From: Phyllosticta citribraziliensis
Lineage: Eukaryota
Direction of reading: 5' to 3'
Assembly: GCF_038025025.1 (NCBI RefSeq)
Contig: NW_027117342.1
Span: forward strand, 434,001-498,000
DNA: 64,000 nucleotides
The notes under the pieces were generated by a model that had not been told where the DNA came from, ran no database searches, and was given only the letters and a program-made list of their open reading frames with translations. Made by a program: the position numbers and the translations under genes. This document shows positions 36,286 through 47,706 of the stretch, piece after piece. The number at the start of each line of letters is the position of its first letter. Position 1 is the stretch's first letter.

Positions 36286-37935
36286 ATGGCCGACGGAGCA
36301 GGCGGCGGCAATGGAGGGAATGGGGGGAAATCGTACTTTGAGCAGCAGCGCGAGGCGCTGGTTGGCGAGATTGCCGTGGTGAGTGGCGCAGCATCGCCAA
36401 TGTTGCTGTTGTTGTTCCCTTGCTGTTTGGTGTTTGCTTGCCGTCCATCTTTTTGCTCGCTGCGGCCGCTGGGGTTGTGATGGCGATGCCGCACCGCCGC
36501 AGCAGCTTGCCGCCCGCCTTGTTGCGCGCCAGGAGCCGCGTCCCTGCTGTCCAGGCCAGTGGCGCCAGACGCGATGATGCGGATTGCACGAGTGAGGCGC
36601 TGGCGCTTTGGAGCAGGGATGCGAGGAGCGTGGGTGGAGGCATGGGCGGCTTGTTTGGTCGATTTCTTCTCTTGTGTTCTTGCGTTCGTTTTGCTTTCGC
36701 TGTAGACGCATCTGTGGTGTTTCTTACGTCGCAAAATCAGTGCAGACGGGCTGGGATATCGGCGCAGGAAGAAGAACGGAGGCTGGTCGGTCGGTCTGGC
36801 TGGCTGGGCTGACTGAATGGATGGCTGGTGGATCGCTCACTCGCACACAGAGCAAAAGCTTACAGACGCAAAACAGAGCCTCGAGTCCGTCCTGCAAAAC
36901 ATCAACCGCCTGAATCGCAGTCTTGAGGGTGTTATAGCTGTAAGTCTTTTCTCTCTCTTTTCTCCGTTATACTCCACTTCATTGCTCTTCTCTGCAAAGT
37001 CCACATTGCTCCACTGCCGCTCTTGGTCCTTTCCTTTCTGGCCGTCCTGCTTTCGACCGGTCAATGAGTTGTGCTCTGCTGTCGTCTGCGCCGATGGAGC
37101 GGTGTGTTTGATGCCGTGGGCTGGGTTGCTAGGCTGTTGGATGGTTGGCTGGTCCGCCCACCTCCCTCTGTCTTTCGTCTCCACATCACATCCACCGCAA
37201 ACAAGCACGCATGCGACGCATACGCTCTTCTTCAAAGCATGGCTAGAGCAAAGGCTCGCTCGCCACTTGTTACCCCGCGCACCGCTGGCCAAACAACCAT
37301 CTATCTCTATCCGATGGCACAACACCACCACGGCTCCCAGCACGCAAATCTGCTTGCACTCCGCCCACTTTCTGCATCATAACGCCGTGGCTGTGCTCGG
37401 TTGTCTCCACCACCACCGTTGCCTGGCTGGCTGAGGCGGCCGCTCAAGCCCAGACGGACAGGCAGGCAGACGAAACGCGCAGATCAGACGTGGCGCAGCG
37501 TGCAAGTGGCGACAATCAACAACCACCCAGCCAGAGCGAGCGAGCAAGCCAGCACGTCGGCGTCTCCGACGCTGCACTGCCCTTTCATGTCCATGTCACG
37601 GCTCAGCCATCACATGTCTCCTCACTCTTCACTTCCGCACTCCACTCGTGCGCACACAGCCTCAGCCTCCTTCCCCTCTTTTATCGAGCTCCGCCTCAGC
37701 ACACCACTAACAACCCACCGCGCACACACAGGTCGGCAACGAGTTCGGCTCCGTCGAGGCGCTGTGGTCGCAGTTTGAAAACGTCATGGGCGCGCAAGCG
37801 GCGTCTCAAGGACAAGGACAGAGTCAAAATCAAAGTCAGGGACAGGCTGGCCCGGCGCAGAAGCGGGACGGGAGTGGTGAGGAGGGCGAGGGAGACGGTG
37901 AGGGGGAGGGGGAGGGGGAGGGTCATGGGGGGTAG
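36286..37935 (+). CDS. DAD1: DASH/Dam1 complex subunit Dad1; exons 36286-36378, 36877-36939, 37732-37935
   Basis: Spliced 'SYFEQQREALVGEIAV|SLESVLQNINRLNRSLEGVIA|VGNEFGSVEALWSQFENVM', the Dad1 signature. Confidence 0.92.
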
Positions 37936-39258
37936 GGCTAGGGGGAAGAAGCGCAGCATGGTGGTGAGGAATGAAGCTGCATTCGACGCAAGCGCTACGG
38001 CTATGACTATGACTACGGCTACAACATACGACACGACAAAAACGATGCTACCTGCATACCTGCCTGCTTACCTACGATACCTACTTACTTATACACATGC
38101 CATCCCCTTCCTGAGAGCACGACAGCCCGCTCCCCCTCCCTTCCTCTTCCTCTATCTCTATCTCATCTCACATCGCCAACACCCCATGCTATCCTATCCA
38201 ATCCGCACGCTCCCTTCTCTTCTTCTCTCTGTCACACTGCTACCAAGCGCGCTTCCTCACGCTGTGTGCCGTCGATGCAAAACTGCATGGTATGAAATGA
38301 CACGATGCGGTATGATGCCGTGTAATGCAGACGCAGCACCCGAAACGACTGGACGCGATGCGAGATGTTTGGTGGAGGGATAGCCAGCCAGCCAGCCAAT
38401 CGCCACAGTCTCTCTGGACGATGAAGGAAGCAGACAGGAGGGGGGGGGGAGGAAAAGGGGAGAAAGTGTGGGTGTGGATCGTACGGATGGATGGGGTATG
38501 TGTGATCACGGACGGACGGACAGATGGATGGGAGGGGATGTGAGGAGGTGTCAGTATGGATGTCGATGCCGGAATGAGGTGAAAGGCGACGACGGGGCTG
38601 CGAGTAAGTGGGAAGTGGTGAGTAGAAAGGGGGGCGCGGGGAGTAGAGGTGATATGGAGAGAATAGGAACAGGAACAAGGGGGGAGAGAGAGAGAAAATG
38701 AGAGAGAGGGAGGAGGAGAAAATGTAAAGAAATCCATTCCATTCGTCCAAGAAAGTCCTTCGTCCCATGGCCAGCCAGCCAGCCAGCCAGCCAGCACTTG
38801 ATTCCCAGCGCCATCACTCTTCGCTCCCGTCCGCCCATCCACCCATTTGTCCATTGAATCCGCCACTCCGTCCCCAGTGGCCCCCCAGTCGCCAACAGAC
38901 AGACCATTCCAGTCGCCGATTGCAAGGAGTCGCGGTGCAGGAATCAACTGCTTGCTCGCCTGCACGAATGCATGCGGCGCTGGCTTTACACAGACTGATG
39001 CCGCATCGATTCTCGCACGCGGGATCAGCACCACATCTTCCATTCGTACAGCCAGCTAGCCAGCCGGCCAGAGTCGAAGCACCCTGGTCGTGTCGTCGTC
39101 GTGTCGTTCGTTCCAGCCCAACCAACCAACCAACCCAATCAGTCCCGTTCCCGTCCCAAGAGAGTAAAGGAAATCATTACGTCGGTCCGTCGTCGTGTCA
39201 TTCGCATTCGCAAGACAGCTCTCTTCTCTTGCCCAACAGCAGCAGCAGCAGCAGCAGC

Positions 39259-40222
39259 TCAGAGAATCTTGCACCTACTCTTCCTCGGCTTGCGGCCGCC
39301 AAAAGGAGCCATGTTGCCGCCGGTGCCGCCGGCGCCGCCCCCGTCGGCGCCAGACGGTTTCCACTCGTCGCCAACGGCCATGGTGACGGCGGCGTCGAAA
39401 ATGTCGTCGACGCCGTCCATCTCCTTGCTGCTGCACTCCATGTAGGCGGCGCCCATCTTGGTCGCGACGGCGCGGCCCTGCTCGGGCGTCACGGGCGTCA
39501 GGCCCTGCGTCTTGAGCAGCTCGATGCACGTCTTGCGGTGCCGCAGGTCGGACTTGAGGCCGAGTAGGATGATGGGCGTTGTTGGGCAAAAGTGGAGGAC
39601 TTCGGGGTACCACTGCGAAATGACGTGTTAGATGAGGGAGCTGGTCGTGCGGGGCGGCGCATTGTTTACCTTGTCCATGACGTTTTCCAGCGAGTTGGGG
39701 CAGTCGATGGCGAAGCAGACGAAGAGGAGGTCCGTCTCGGGATAGGACAGCGGCCGCAAGCGATCATACTCTTCCTGGCCGGCCGTGTCCCACAGCGCCA
39801 GCTCGACCATCTTGCCCGTGGGCGGGTGCGGCGTGTGGGTAATGTAGTTTTCAAACACGGTGGGGACGTATTTCTGCAATCAATCCATCAGCGCACTGGT
39901 CGTTTGTCCAGAGTGCGCAACTGACCTCGGGAAAGTAGCCCTGGCTGTAGCTAATCAACAAACACGTCTTGCCGCATCCACCGTCGCCGACGACGACCAG
40001 CTTCTTGGACCAGGCGGGCGGCTCGGTGATCATGGTGTTGACGGACTCGGGGGCCGTGGCCGTGGTGCGGTACGAGACGGTGGAGCTGACGGTGCCGTTG
40101 CTCTGCCTCTTGCTCGGGGAGCGGCCTGGCCTGCGCGACATGGAAGATGGAGGGTGAGGAGGCAGCTTCTCCGAGTTTTTGCGGCGCAGGTAGTCGTAGT
40201 TCTGGACTGCGGACACTGCCAT
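39259..40222 (-). CDS. RHO4: Rho-family GTPase Rho4 (N-terminal extension, CAAX CKIL), 3 exons
   Basis: '[17 protein letters not shown]', 'YVPTVFENY', '[21 protein letters not shown]', '[10 protein letters not shown]', C-terminal 'RKSRCKIL'. Confidence 0.9.
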
Positions 40223-40715
40223 GGTGGTCGGGTGGCGCGCGGAGTGGTCGCAAGGCGTGGTTTTGGTGATTGGATGCAGTGGGATGCAGTATGAATATTC
40301 ACAATGAAGAATTGTCAACGGCGGACGGTCAGGACGAGGCCACGCCAAGGGTCGAGTCGAGGTCGAGACAGCGTGGGCGTCGAGGGGGAGACGACGAGAT
40401 ATGTGTTGGCTGGTGTCTGGCCTTGGGTTGTTTATGGCACAGGCATCGTCACAGCAACGATGAAGCTGATGCGGCGCCCGGGCCTGCGGGAGCGGGAGAG
40501 ACGGGGCGCTTGGGCCACCTTGGGTTGGCCGCCCCAGGTCCTGCGGTGAGATGAAGTGGACCCGCACCGCAACCCAATCGACGTCCGCAACACCACGAGC
40601 AGAACCCCCAGTTTGCTCGTCACCTCTCGCCGCCGTCCCAGGTCGCTCTCCTCGAATGCCCGGCCCAGCGCATGGAGCCGCCTGCCCATCCGCCTCCCCC
40701 GCCGGGCCTCCCGCA

Positions 40716-42521
40716 ATGACGGCGCAGCGCTGCGATGCCGGCGTGCGCAATCTCGACCATTGTACGTCTTCGACCCGCTTCGCTCCCCTCTCTAACAATT
40801 CTAGATGCCAGCCGGCTTCCCAAGTGGCGCCACTCGCTGCGCTGCCACCTGATCCCCATTGTGCGCTGGGAGACGCCCTACCTGGCCTACATGCAAGAAG
40901 TTTTGCGCACCCCCGCCCTCGACTCGTACTTTGCCTATACCGCCAACCTGGGCACGCACACGTTCTTCATGATCATGCTGCCGATCCTCTTTTGGTGCGG
41001 CTTTACACATCTCGGCAAGGCGTAGGTATGGCGGGCTCGCCGCGTGGCCTAGGCTGACTGCTCCCAGCATGGTTCATGTGCTCGCGTCGGGCGTCTTTTG
41101 GAGCGGCTTCATCAAGGACGCGCTGTGCCTCCCCAGACCTCTGTCTCCTCCGCTGCAGCGCATCACCATGTCCGGCTCCGCTGCCCTCGAGTACGGCTTC
41201 CCCTCGACCCACTCGACCAATGCCGTCTCGGTCGCCCTGTATTCCTTGTACATGCTGCACGCCAGTGACGACGGCTCCACCCTGTTTCTCATGCTCAAAG
41301 TCTGTTGCTATTGGTATGCCTTTTCCATTGTGTTTGGACGTCTGTACTGCGGCATGCACGGCTTCTTTGATGTCATCATCGGCACGCTGCTCGGCGCCGT
41401 CTTGGCCGTCGTCGAACTCTGGTTCGGCAACCCGTTTGACCACTGGGTCTGCGATGAGAGCATAAAAAGCCTCGCCATTGTCGTTCTAGTCATTCTCGTT
41501 CTCGTCCGCATCCATCCCGAGCCAGCCGACGACTGCCCCTGCTTTGACGACAGCGTGTGCTTTGCCGGCGTCGTCATTGGCGTAGAATCGGCCTCGTGGC
41601 ATTTTGCCCAAACGAGCCTTGCGCTGCCCTCTCCCATTCCCTCCACCATTCCCTTTTCAATCCAAGAGATTGGCTACATCAAAGCTACGTTGCGTATCGT
41701 CCTGGGTGTGCTCATCATTTTTGCCTGGCGCGGTGTCATGAAGCCTACCCTTCTGCGAGTTCTGCCCCCTGTATTTCGCATTCTCGAGCGCCTGCGCATG
41801 AGTCTGCCGCGTCGATTCTTCCTCGAAGCCAGCAAGTACACGAGCGTGCCCAACCTCCGCGGCGACGACCACGTCATCCCGTCGGCCTCGGACATTCCGT
41901 CCATGTTGACGAACCTGCGGCACCCGCGCAAGCGCGCCGTCTCGGTGGGCCCGCAGTCCATGGCCGACGCATACGAGACGCTGGCATACCGACACCAGCG
42001 ACGGCGCGAGAGCATGGACGCCGAGGCCAATGGCGCGCAGCAGTCGAGCCCCGGCCGTTCGCCCACCCGCAGGCCGGATGCCGAACCGTTCCCAGACGCC
42101 GCGGCCGTGTCGACGTCGTCGAGCACGCTGGGCAAGCCCGCAGGCGTCAATCTCCTGCCCACGCCCATGTCGTCGCGCGTGCACTCGTACGAGCAAATGA
42201 TGGGCGCCGCAAACCACGACTCGCAGAACCCCAGCCCGTCGCCGCCGCCGTCGCGGCACGGAGCGGGGACGCCCAACGACGTGGCGGAAGACAAGGGCGA
42301 GGGCGACGAGGACATGGAGGACCGCGAGATCTTTTCCAAGCTCGAGCGGCCGCGCGTGCGCTACGACGTCGAGGTCGTGACCAAGCTGATTGTGTATACG
42401 GGTGAGTTGGCTTCCCGCGTGTCCTGTTGCGCTGCTGACGGTACAAGGAATCGGATGGTTTGCCGCTGAAGGCAATCCCCTGCTGTTTGAGCTCTTTGGC
42501 TTGGGTGTGCAGGCGACTTGA
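40716..42521 (+). CDS. Sphingoid long-chain-base 1-phosphate phosphatase (PAP2 family, Lcb3/Ysr3-like)
   Basis: 'DAGVRNLDHY', 'WETPYLA', 'ANLGTHTFF', 'KDALCLPRPLSPP', 'EYGFPSTHS', 'GRLYCGMHGFFD', 'RYDVEVVTKLIVY'. An upstream in-frame ATG at 40656 is an alternative start. Confidence 0.9.
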
Positions 42522-43040
42522 GGGGGCTGAGTGCTGTAGAATGGTGGTGTGCGGAGCAAAGGCTGAGACACGATGTGATGAGCGACGGATGAGCAGGTAA
42601 AATGACCTCTGTACGTTTTGTAGATGACCAAATGGGCGGGCGGGCAAGCGGTGTCTTTTTTCCCTTGGTAATGAGCGGATAGAAGTTGCTCCCCCACGGT
42701 TCTTATTTGGGCGGGAGTTGCGGTTCGTCAAAGGTTGGTGGGCGGGCGGGCGGGTTTGATCAGTACTGCTTAAATTTTCCATGCGTCTTTTGGTTTGGGT
42801 GAGCAGTGTAAAGCGTTCTGAGGATCGGCCGTGATAGATTCACAGCGAAAGAGCTCAGCAACGAGTGGACACGATTGAGGTAGTTGGTTGATTGATTGAT
42901 TGATTGATTTGATTGAATTCATAATGCCGTAAACATTACTCGTACGTCCGGTGTCTAGGTATCATCAACGACGCCCACACATGACGCCTTTTTCCTTTCT
43001 CCCTCATGTCCTCCCTTCCCTTCTACTCCGTTTCATTTCC

Positions 43041-43340
43041 TTAAAAGTGCTTCTTCTCCACGCTGGCGGGCAGCTGGTCGCCCTGGCCGGTGACGACGCC
43101 GCCCGTCTTGCCCGTGTCGCCCGGGTGGCGCGGGATGTCGGTGGCGTTGTCGACGGCGGCGCCCTTGGAGCCGGCGCCCAGCGGCAGCAGCTCGCTCTTC
43201 TCGCCCAGCTGGTCCGGGCGCGGCACTGACGGGATGGTGTTTTGCTTGCCGGCGGTTTGCGGGGTGGTCGTGCCCGTGGCGGCCATGTCGGTGATGGAGC
43301 CGCCGGCGGGGAAGGCGTCTTGTTGTTGGGTTGGTGCCAT
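43041..43340 (-). CDS. Small hydrophilic G/T/P-rich hypothetical protein (99 aa)
   Basis: CACAATGG start context, strongly GC3-biased codons, CA/CT-rich leader; no domain recognised. Confidence 0.7.
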   Translation of the reverse strand: MAPTQQQDAFPAGGSITDMAATGTTTPQTAGKQNTIPSVPRPDQLGEKSELLPLGAGSKGAAVDNATDIPRHPGDTGKTGGVVTGQGDQLPASVEKKHF

Positions 43341-44064
43341 TGTGATGTGAGGTTGAGGTTGAGGTTGAGGTTGAGGTTTTTGAGGCGTGAGAGAAGAGAG
43401 GTTTGTGAGAGAGAGTTTTGTAGGTTGGTTGGTTGGAAGAGGTTGATTGATTGATTGGTTTGTAGATGCAGGAAAGAGAAAGAGCGTCCTGACTAGCAAC
43501 CCGTCCCCTTTTTTGTACCCTTCCCGAGCTGTTCGACCCTGAGGTCACCTACCTCGCAGCTGCACGTCATTCGGTAATGGCGACGTCAGACGTCGACTGT
43601 TCAGTCCACCTGCGTCTCCGCGGGTGATGTCACGCAGATGGAGTCCCTGGCTGCCCTGCAACTCTGCAAGACACCAACTAGGCACAAGTGGAGTATGTGG
43701 TGGGTGATCGAGATGTCGATGGCCGCGCCCATCGAGTTGCCATTGATCGACATGGGGATTGTGGATGTCGCGCGCGTTGATGGCGTCACCGTCACATCAT
43801 GCCCGTTCGTGGTGTTTTGGCTCGGTGTCGGGGGAACTGCTGCTCCGTTGTGGTGGTCTGCGCTGATCCCTGCTCTCTCTGCACGGACCAGGAACGCGGG
43901 GCGCGTCGTCCCTGAGCAACACCACCGAACACATCGCGAGCCCATCATCGACGACGTTACGCGCCCTCAGTTTCAACGCCGCCGCTTCGTAGCCAAGCTC
44001 TCCCTCACCAGTCGACGCCCGCCCTCATCCACCTCACCGCATCGCTTCAGCCACAGCCAGCAAA

Positions 44065-44596
44065 ATGCCCCCACAAGCCACGACCGACGCCGACAAACGC
44101 CAGGCGGCGCGCGAAGTCGTCGACATCCTCGAAGAGATCGCCACGCTGCTCGTACGCGCCGTCCCTCTGCCTACCTATGCTCTCCCCAACTTTCTGCAAC
44201 TGCCTGTGGCCAGACATACTAACGCCGCGCGCCGCCGCTCCCTCGCAGAACACCAAACTCAACCGCACGCAGCTCTCGTACTGCATCTCGCTGATCGAAA
44301 ACGGCGTCAATCCCGAGGCGCTGGCTGTGCGTGTCTCCCTCTCCCTCTCCCTACCCTCATATTCCCTCCATCATTCCTCATACAACTTTCCAAGCATACA
44401 AATATCTACACATCCAATCAACCCTCCCCGCGTGCATGCATGCCTTTGTTGCTGAACTGACGTCTCCTCCTCATTGTTGGCACTGTAGACCGTCATCCGC
44501 GACCTTCGCACGCAGTACCCCGAACCCCTTGACGCGGTGGGGGACGACGATCATCAACAACAACGACAGGAGCAGGGAGGAGCGGGCCCGGCGTAA
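44065..44596 (+). CDS. MZT1: Mitotic-spindle organizing protein 1 (Mozart1/Mzt1), 3 exons
   Basis: 'AAREVVDILEEIATLL|NTKLNRTQLSYCISLIENGVNPEALA|TVIRDLR'. Confidence 0.93.
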
Positions 44597-45667
44597 GGTA
44601 CAGCAATTGGAGAGAGAAATGGGTTAATAGATCCCGAATTGCGGCCGTTTGGCAAATTCGATGGCTGGCTGGCTGGCTGGCTGGCTCCGCCGTAGTCGAA
44701 CAGGTAGTCGGCGTCGTTCGACTTTGCTGGCTATTTCTCGCGTCCATTGATTTGCGCGAGAGACCGGAACGGCGTGGGGCCATGTGGTGGCGCGCAAAGG
44801 ACCTGGAAGAGAAGAGTTGGCTGGGTACCTTGGGTACCTACAATGGCGCGGGAGGGGCCTCAAGGTTGAGAAGATGCCCGCGCATGCACCGGGGTGAGGA
44901 GTACGTTCTCGGGAGAAACCAACGGCGATGGGAACGGCGCCGGCGCACCGTGCTGCCTCCGTTTGCAGTCTATTCCCGCTGCGCCGAGTGAGAACGCCTG
45001 CCCGCGCGGGGAGAGGTCAGGGTGGTTGTTGGCGGCGACCAAAGTCATGATCTGGATGGGGATGTTGGCGCCTCAGCGCTGGACGAGGAGGCGCACAACC
45101 GGAAGCACGCGTGTCAAGGAACATGCAGGCATCACGCCAGAAGAGCACTGCCCACGACAAGAGGCGAGATACTACCCCTACCAGCGATCAAACGCATTGA
45201 AATTCTACGTTGATAACGAAGCCACTCTGTGTACTCGTACAACGCACCCCTGCCAAGCTGCCTCGATCCAAAGGTACCTTTCTACTCGTACAGAGCGGCA
45301 AATGCTCCCAAGGCCCTTTTGCAAACAGCCATGAATAATACTCCCCTGCCTGCAATGCCAAACGCCATGCGCCATTCTAGCTCCACCGCCCAACGCCTCT
45401 CCCTTCTGCCCTCGGCACGCGGCCTGCCCGGCGACTCGATTCGACCTCGCCATCGCCCACGGGGCTACGACGGCTGTCCCGCAAAGCCCGTTCCGATGCC
45501 ACTGGCGACGACGGGCGGAGCGAGCGGGTAGAGGTGCCTAAAGCGAGGTCAATACGCAGAAACGTCTCTCGTTGTACACGGGAAAGAGAGAGGTCTGTGT
45601 GCTTCGCGTCTACGCCAGAGCAAGGGAGGCGTGAGGATGCTTCGTGATATCAGACGAGGTGGGGGGC

Positions 45668-46772
45668 TTATAACCAAATCTTGAACAGCTCCTCGGCAAC
45701 GGCTGACGGCGTCATCATGCCGCCCTCGGTCACTATTGTCGAGATGAGCTTGCCCGGCTGCGAGTCTTGGTCAGTACAGATTACTCGTGCGTGGCGAGGA
45801 GATTCTTACCGTGTAGTCGACGGCATTCTCGACCGCGCCCGATGCCCACAGCCTTTCGCGCTGTTCGATTTCCTCCCGCAGCTGCGGGTGCACGTCCTCC
45901 GCGGGTTGGGTGCCGCTCCGGCTCCCCCAGGTCTCAACCGCCTCGTCGTCGTCGTCGGCGTAGAAGCGAATGGCCTTTTGCTCGATGGGCAGGTCGAACT
46001 GACCGAGCGGGAACAAGCGGACGAACTTGTGGCTCTCTGCAAAGACGAAAAACTCCTTGTTCTTGATGTTGGCCAGCAGCGCCAGCTGATGCGTGCCCAG
46101 CTGCGACACGATTCCGCCGTCCTGGAGAACGCCCTCGGCGCCCACAAAGACCATGTCGACCTTGTGCATGGTGTACGCGACGGCGGCGTCCGGGATCGTG
46201 GCGACGGGGATGCCGTGTGTGCGCAGCGATGTCACCATGTCAATGCCGTTGGTGTCGTTCAGTGACGACAAGACGTAGATGACGCGGAACCGGATGTTGG
46301 CCCTGGCGGCGTCCTCGAGGAAGCCTTGCACGCAACGAGAGGCGCCCTTGGTGAGGATGGTGCGTCCGTCGCGTATGCAGTGTTTGCCGCGGCTGGCGAT
46401 TTTGGCACGCGCTGCCTTGGCTCGCTCCGCGAAGAGTTGTCCGTTGGAGAGCATGTGGCGCACTACGGCAGCAAAGTCGGCGTCTGCGCCGGGCTTGATC
46501 GAGTGGGACAGGAAGCGTTGGAAGAGGTCGGTGCCGGCTGAGAGGGAAATCTGGTTCGGGACGCCCGTCTTGAGCTTGTCCGTGTATGCTGCTAGCAGCG
46601 TCATGGTTTCTGTCGTGGTGCTGGTATCGTGTGTTGAGAGGGCGGCCACCAGAGCTTGAATCGCAGCAATAGGCATCGTCATTCCCGGGTCGTCTGCTAG
46701 TAGAGAGCGGTATTTGGCGACAATGTCAAAGTTGGCGGCGCTGGCGCCCAGCGAGACTTGTGGGAGACCCAT
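45668..46772 (-). CDS. GCN3: Translation initiation factor eIF2B alpha subunit, 2 exons
   Basis: 'MTMPIAAIQAL', 'ISLSAGTDLFQRF', 'VFVGAEGV', 'AESHKFVRLFPL', 'VDYT', 'MTPSAVAEEL'. Confidence 0.93.
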
Positions 46773-47052
46773 GGTGGTCAAACGGCGTGAGGTGCGGTTC
46801 TGTTGTGAGAGTGTCGAAGCCTTTGTTTGCGGTGAGGTCGTCCAATTGGGGAGCGTCACTTGCGAGGGCAAGGCAGGAGAAGAGAGTAGAGGTTGAGGAG
46901 CAGTCAAGGTCAATGGAGAGAAAGAATCCCCGCCGTCAACCCCGGTCGAGTCACGAAATCTCCATGGCCCGTGCACGATCTGTCCACCGCCTGCACCTCC
47001 GCCAAAAGCTTCCACACGACATCTCGACGACCATCCGCTTTTAACAACACCA

Positions 47053-47706
47053 ATGCCTCTCCACCACGTATTCGCGCGGCACTTTGCCGTGCGTGCCAGC
47101 GCACCCGCCCTCCGAACAAGCATCTTCTCGCCTGCGCGGACCGCCAACACCAGCATCGCCGCCACAGCAGCAACAGCTCTCCGCAACGCCGCGCGCGAAT
47201 TCAGCACCACGCCGACTCTCGGCGCAACATACAACCAAGTGCGCCGCAAATGCCGCAAGCCGCAGCCCTTTCGTAAACCCGTCTCGCCTCAACTCGCGGA
47301 CCGTCCGGAGATGAAGGCCGTGTGCCTCAAGGTCGGCACGACAAAACCCAAGAAGCCCAACTCGGGAGAGCGCAAGGTCGCTCGTGTGCGTCTGAGCAAC
47401 GGCAACTTGGTGTGGGCATATATTCCTGGTGAAGGTGGGTCAATTGCTGCGAGGCTGAAGATTAGAGGGTCGGTGGATGCTAATGGACGTAGGCCACAAT
47501 ATCCAGCAGCATTCGGTCGTTCTGGTACGCGGCGGTCGTGCGCAGGATTGTCCTGGTGTGCGGTACAAGGTGGTGCGTGGAGCGATGGACTTGGTAAGAT
47601 GGCTCCATTTCCTGGTAAGCTTTGACTGACGAAATTCAAGGGAGGTGTTGGTAGCCGCATCACGGCGCGGTCAAAGTACGGAACCAAGAAGCCAAAGGCA
47701 AACTAG
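47053..47706 (+). CDS. MRPS12: Mitochondrial ribosomal protein S12 precursor, 3 exons
   Basis: Arg/Ala/Ser-rich presequence; '[20 protein letters not shown]', 'AYIPGEGHN', '[15 protein letters not shown]', '[10 protein letters not shown]'. Confidence 0.95.

Noticed and set aside
37936..39258. Overlapping ORFs between DAD1 and RHO4
   Set aside because: Low-complexity convergent 3'UTR sequence with tetranucleotide repeats (GCCA, CCTA, GGAT).
44650..45600. Short ORFs between MZT1 and GCN3
   Set aside because: Non-ATG or weak starts, no recognisable homology or consistent splice model.
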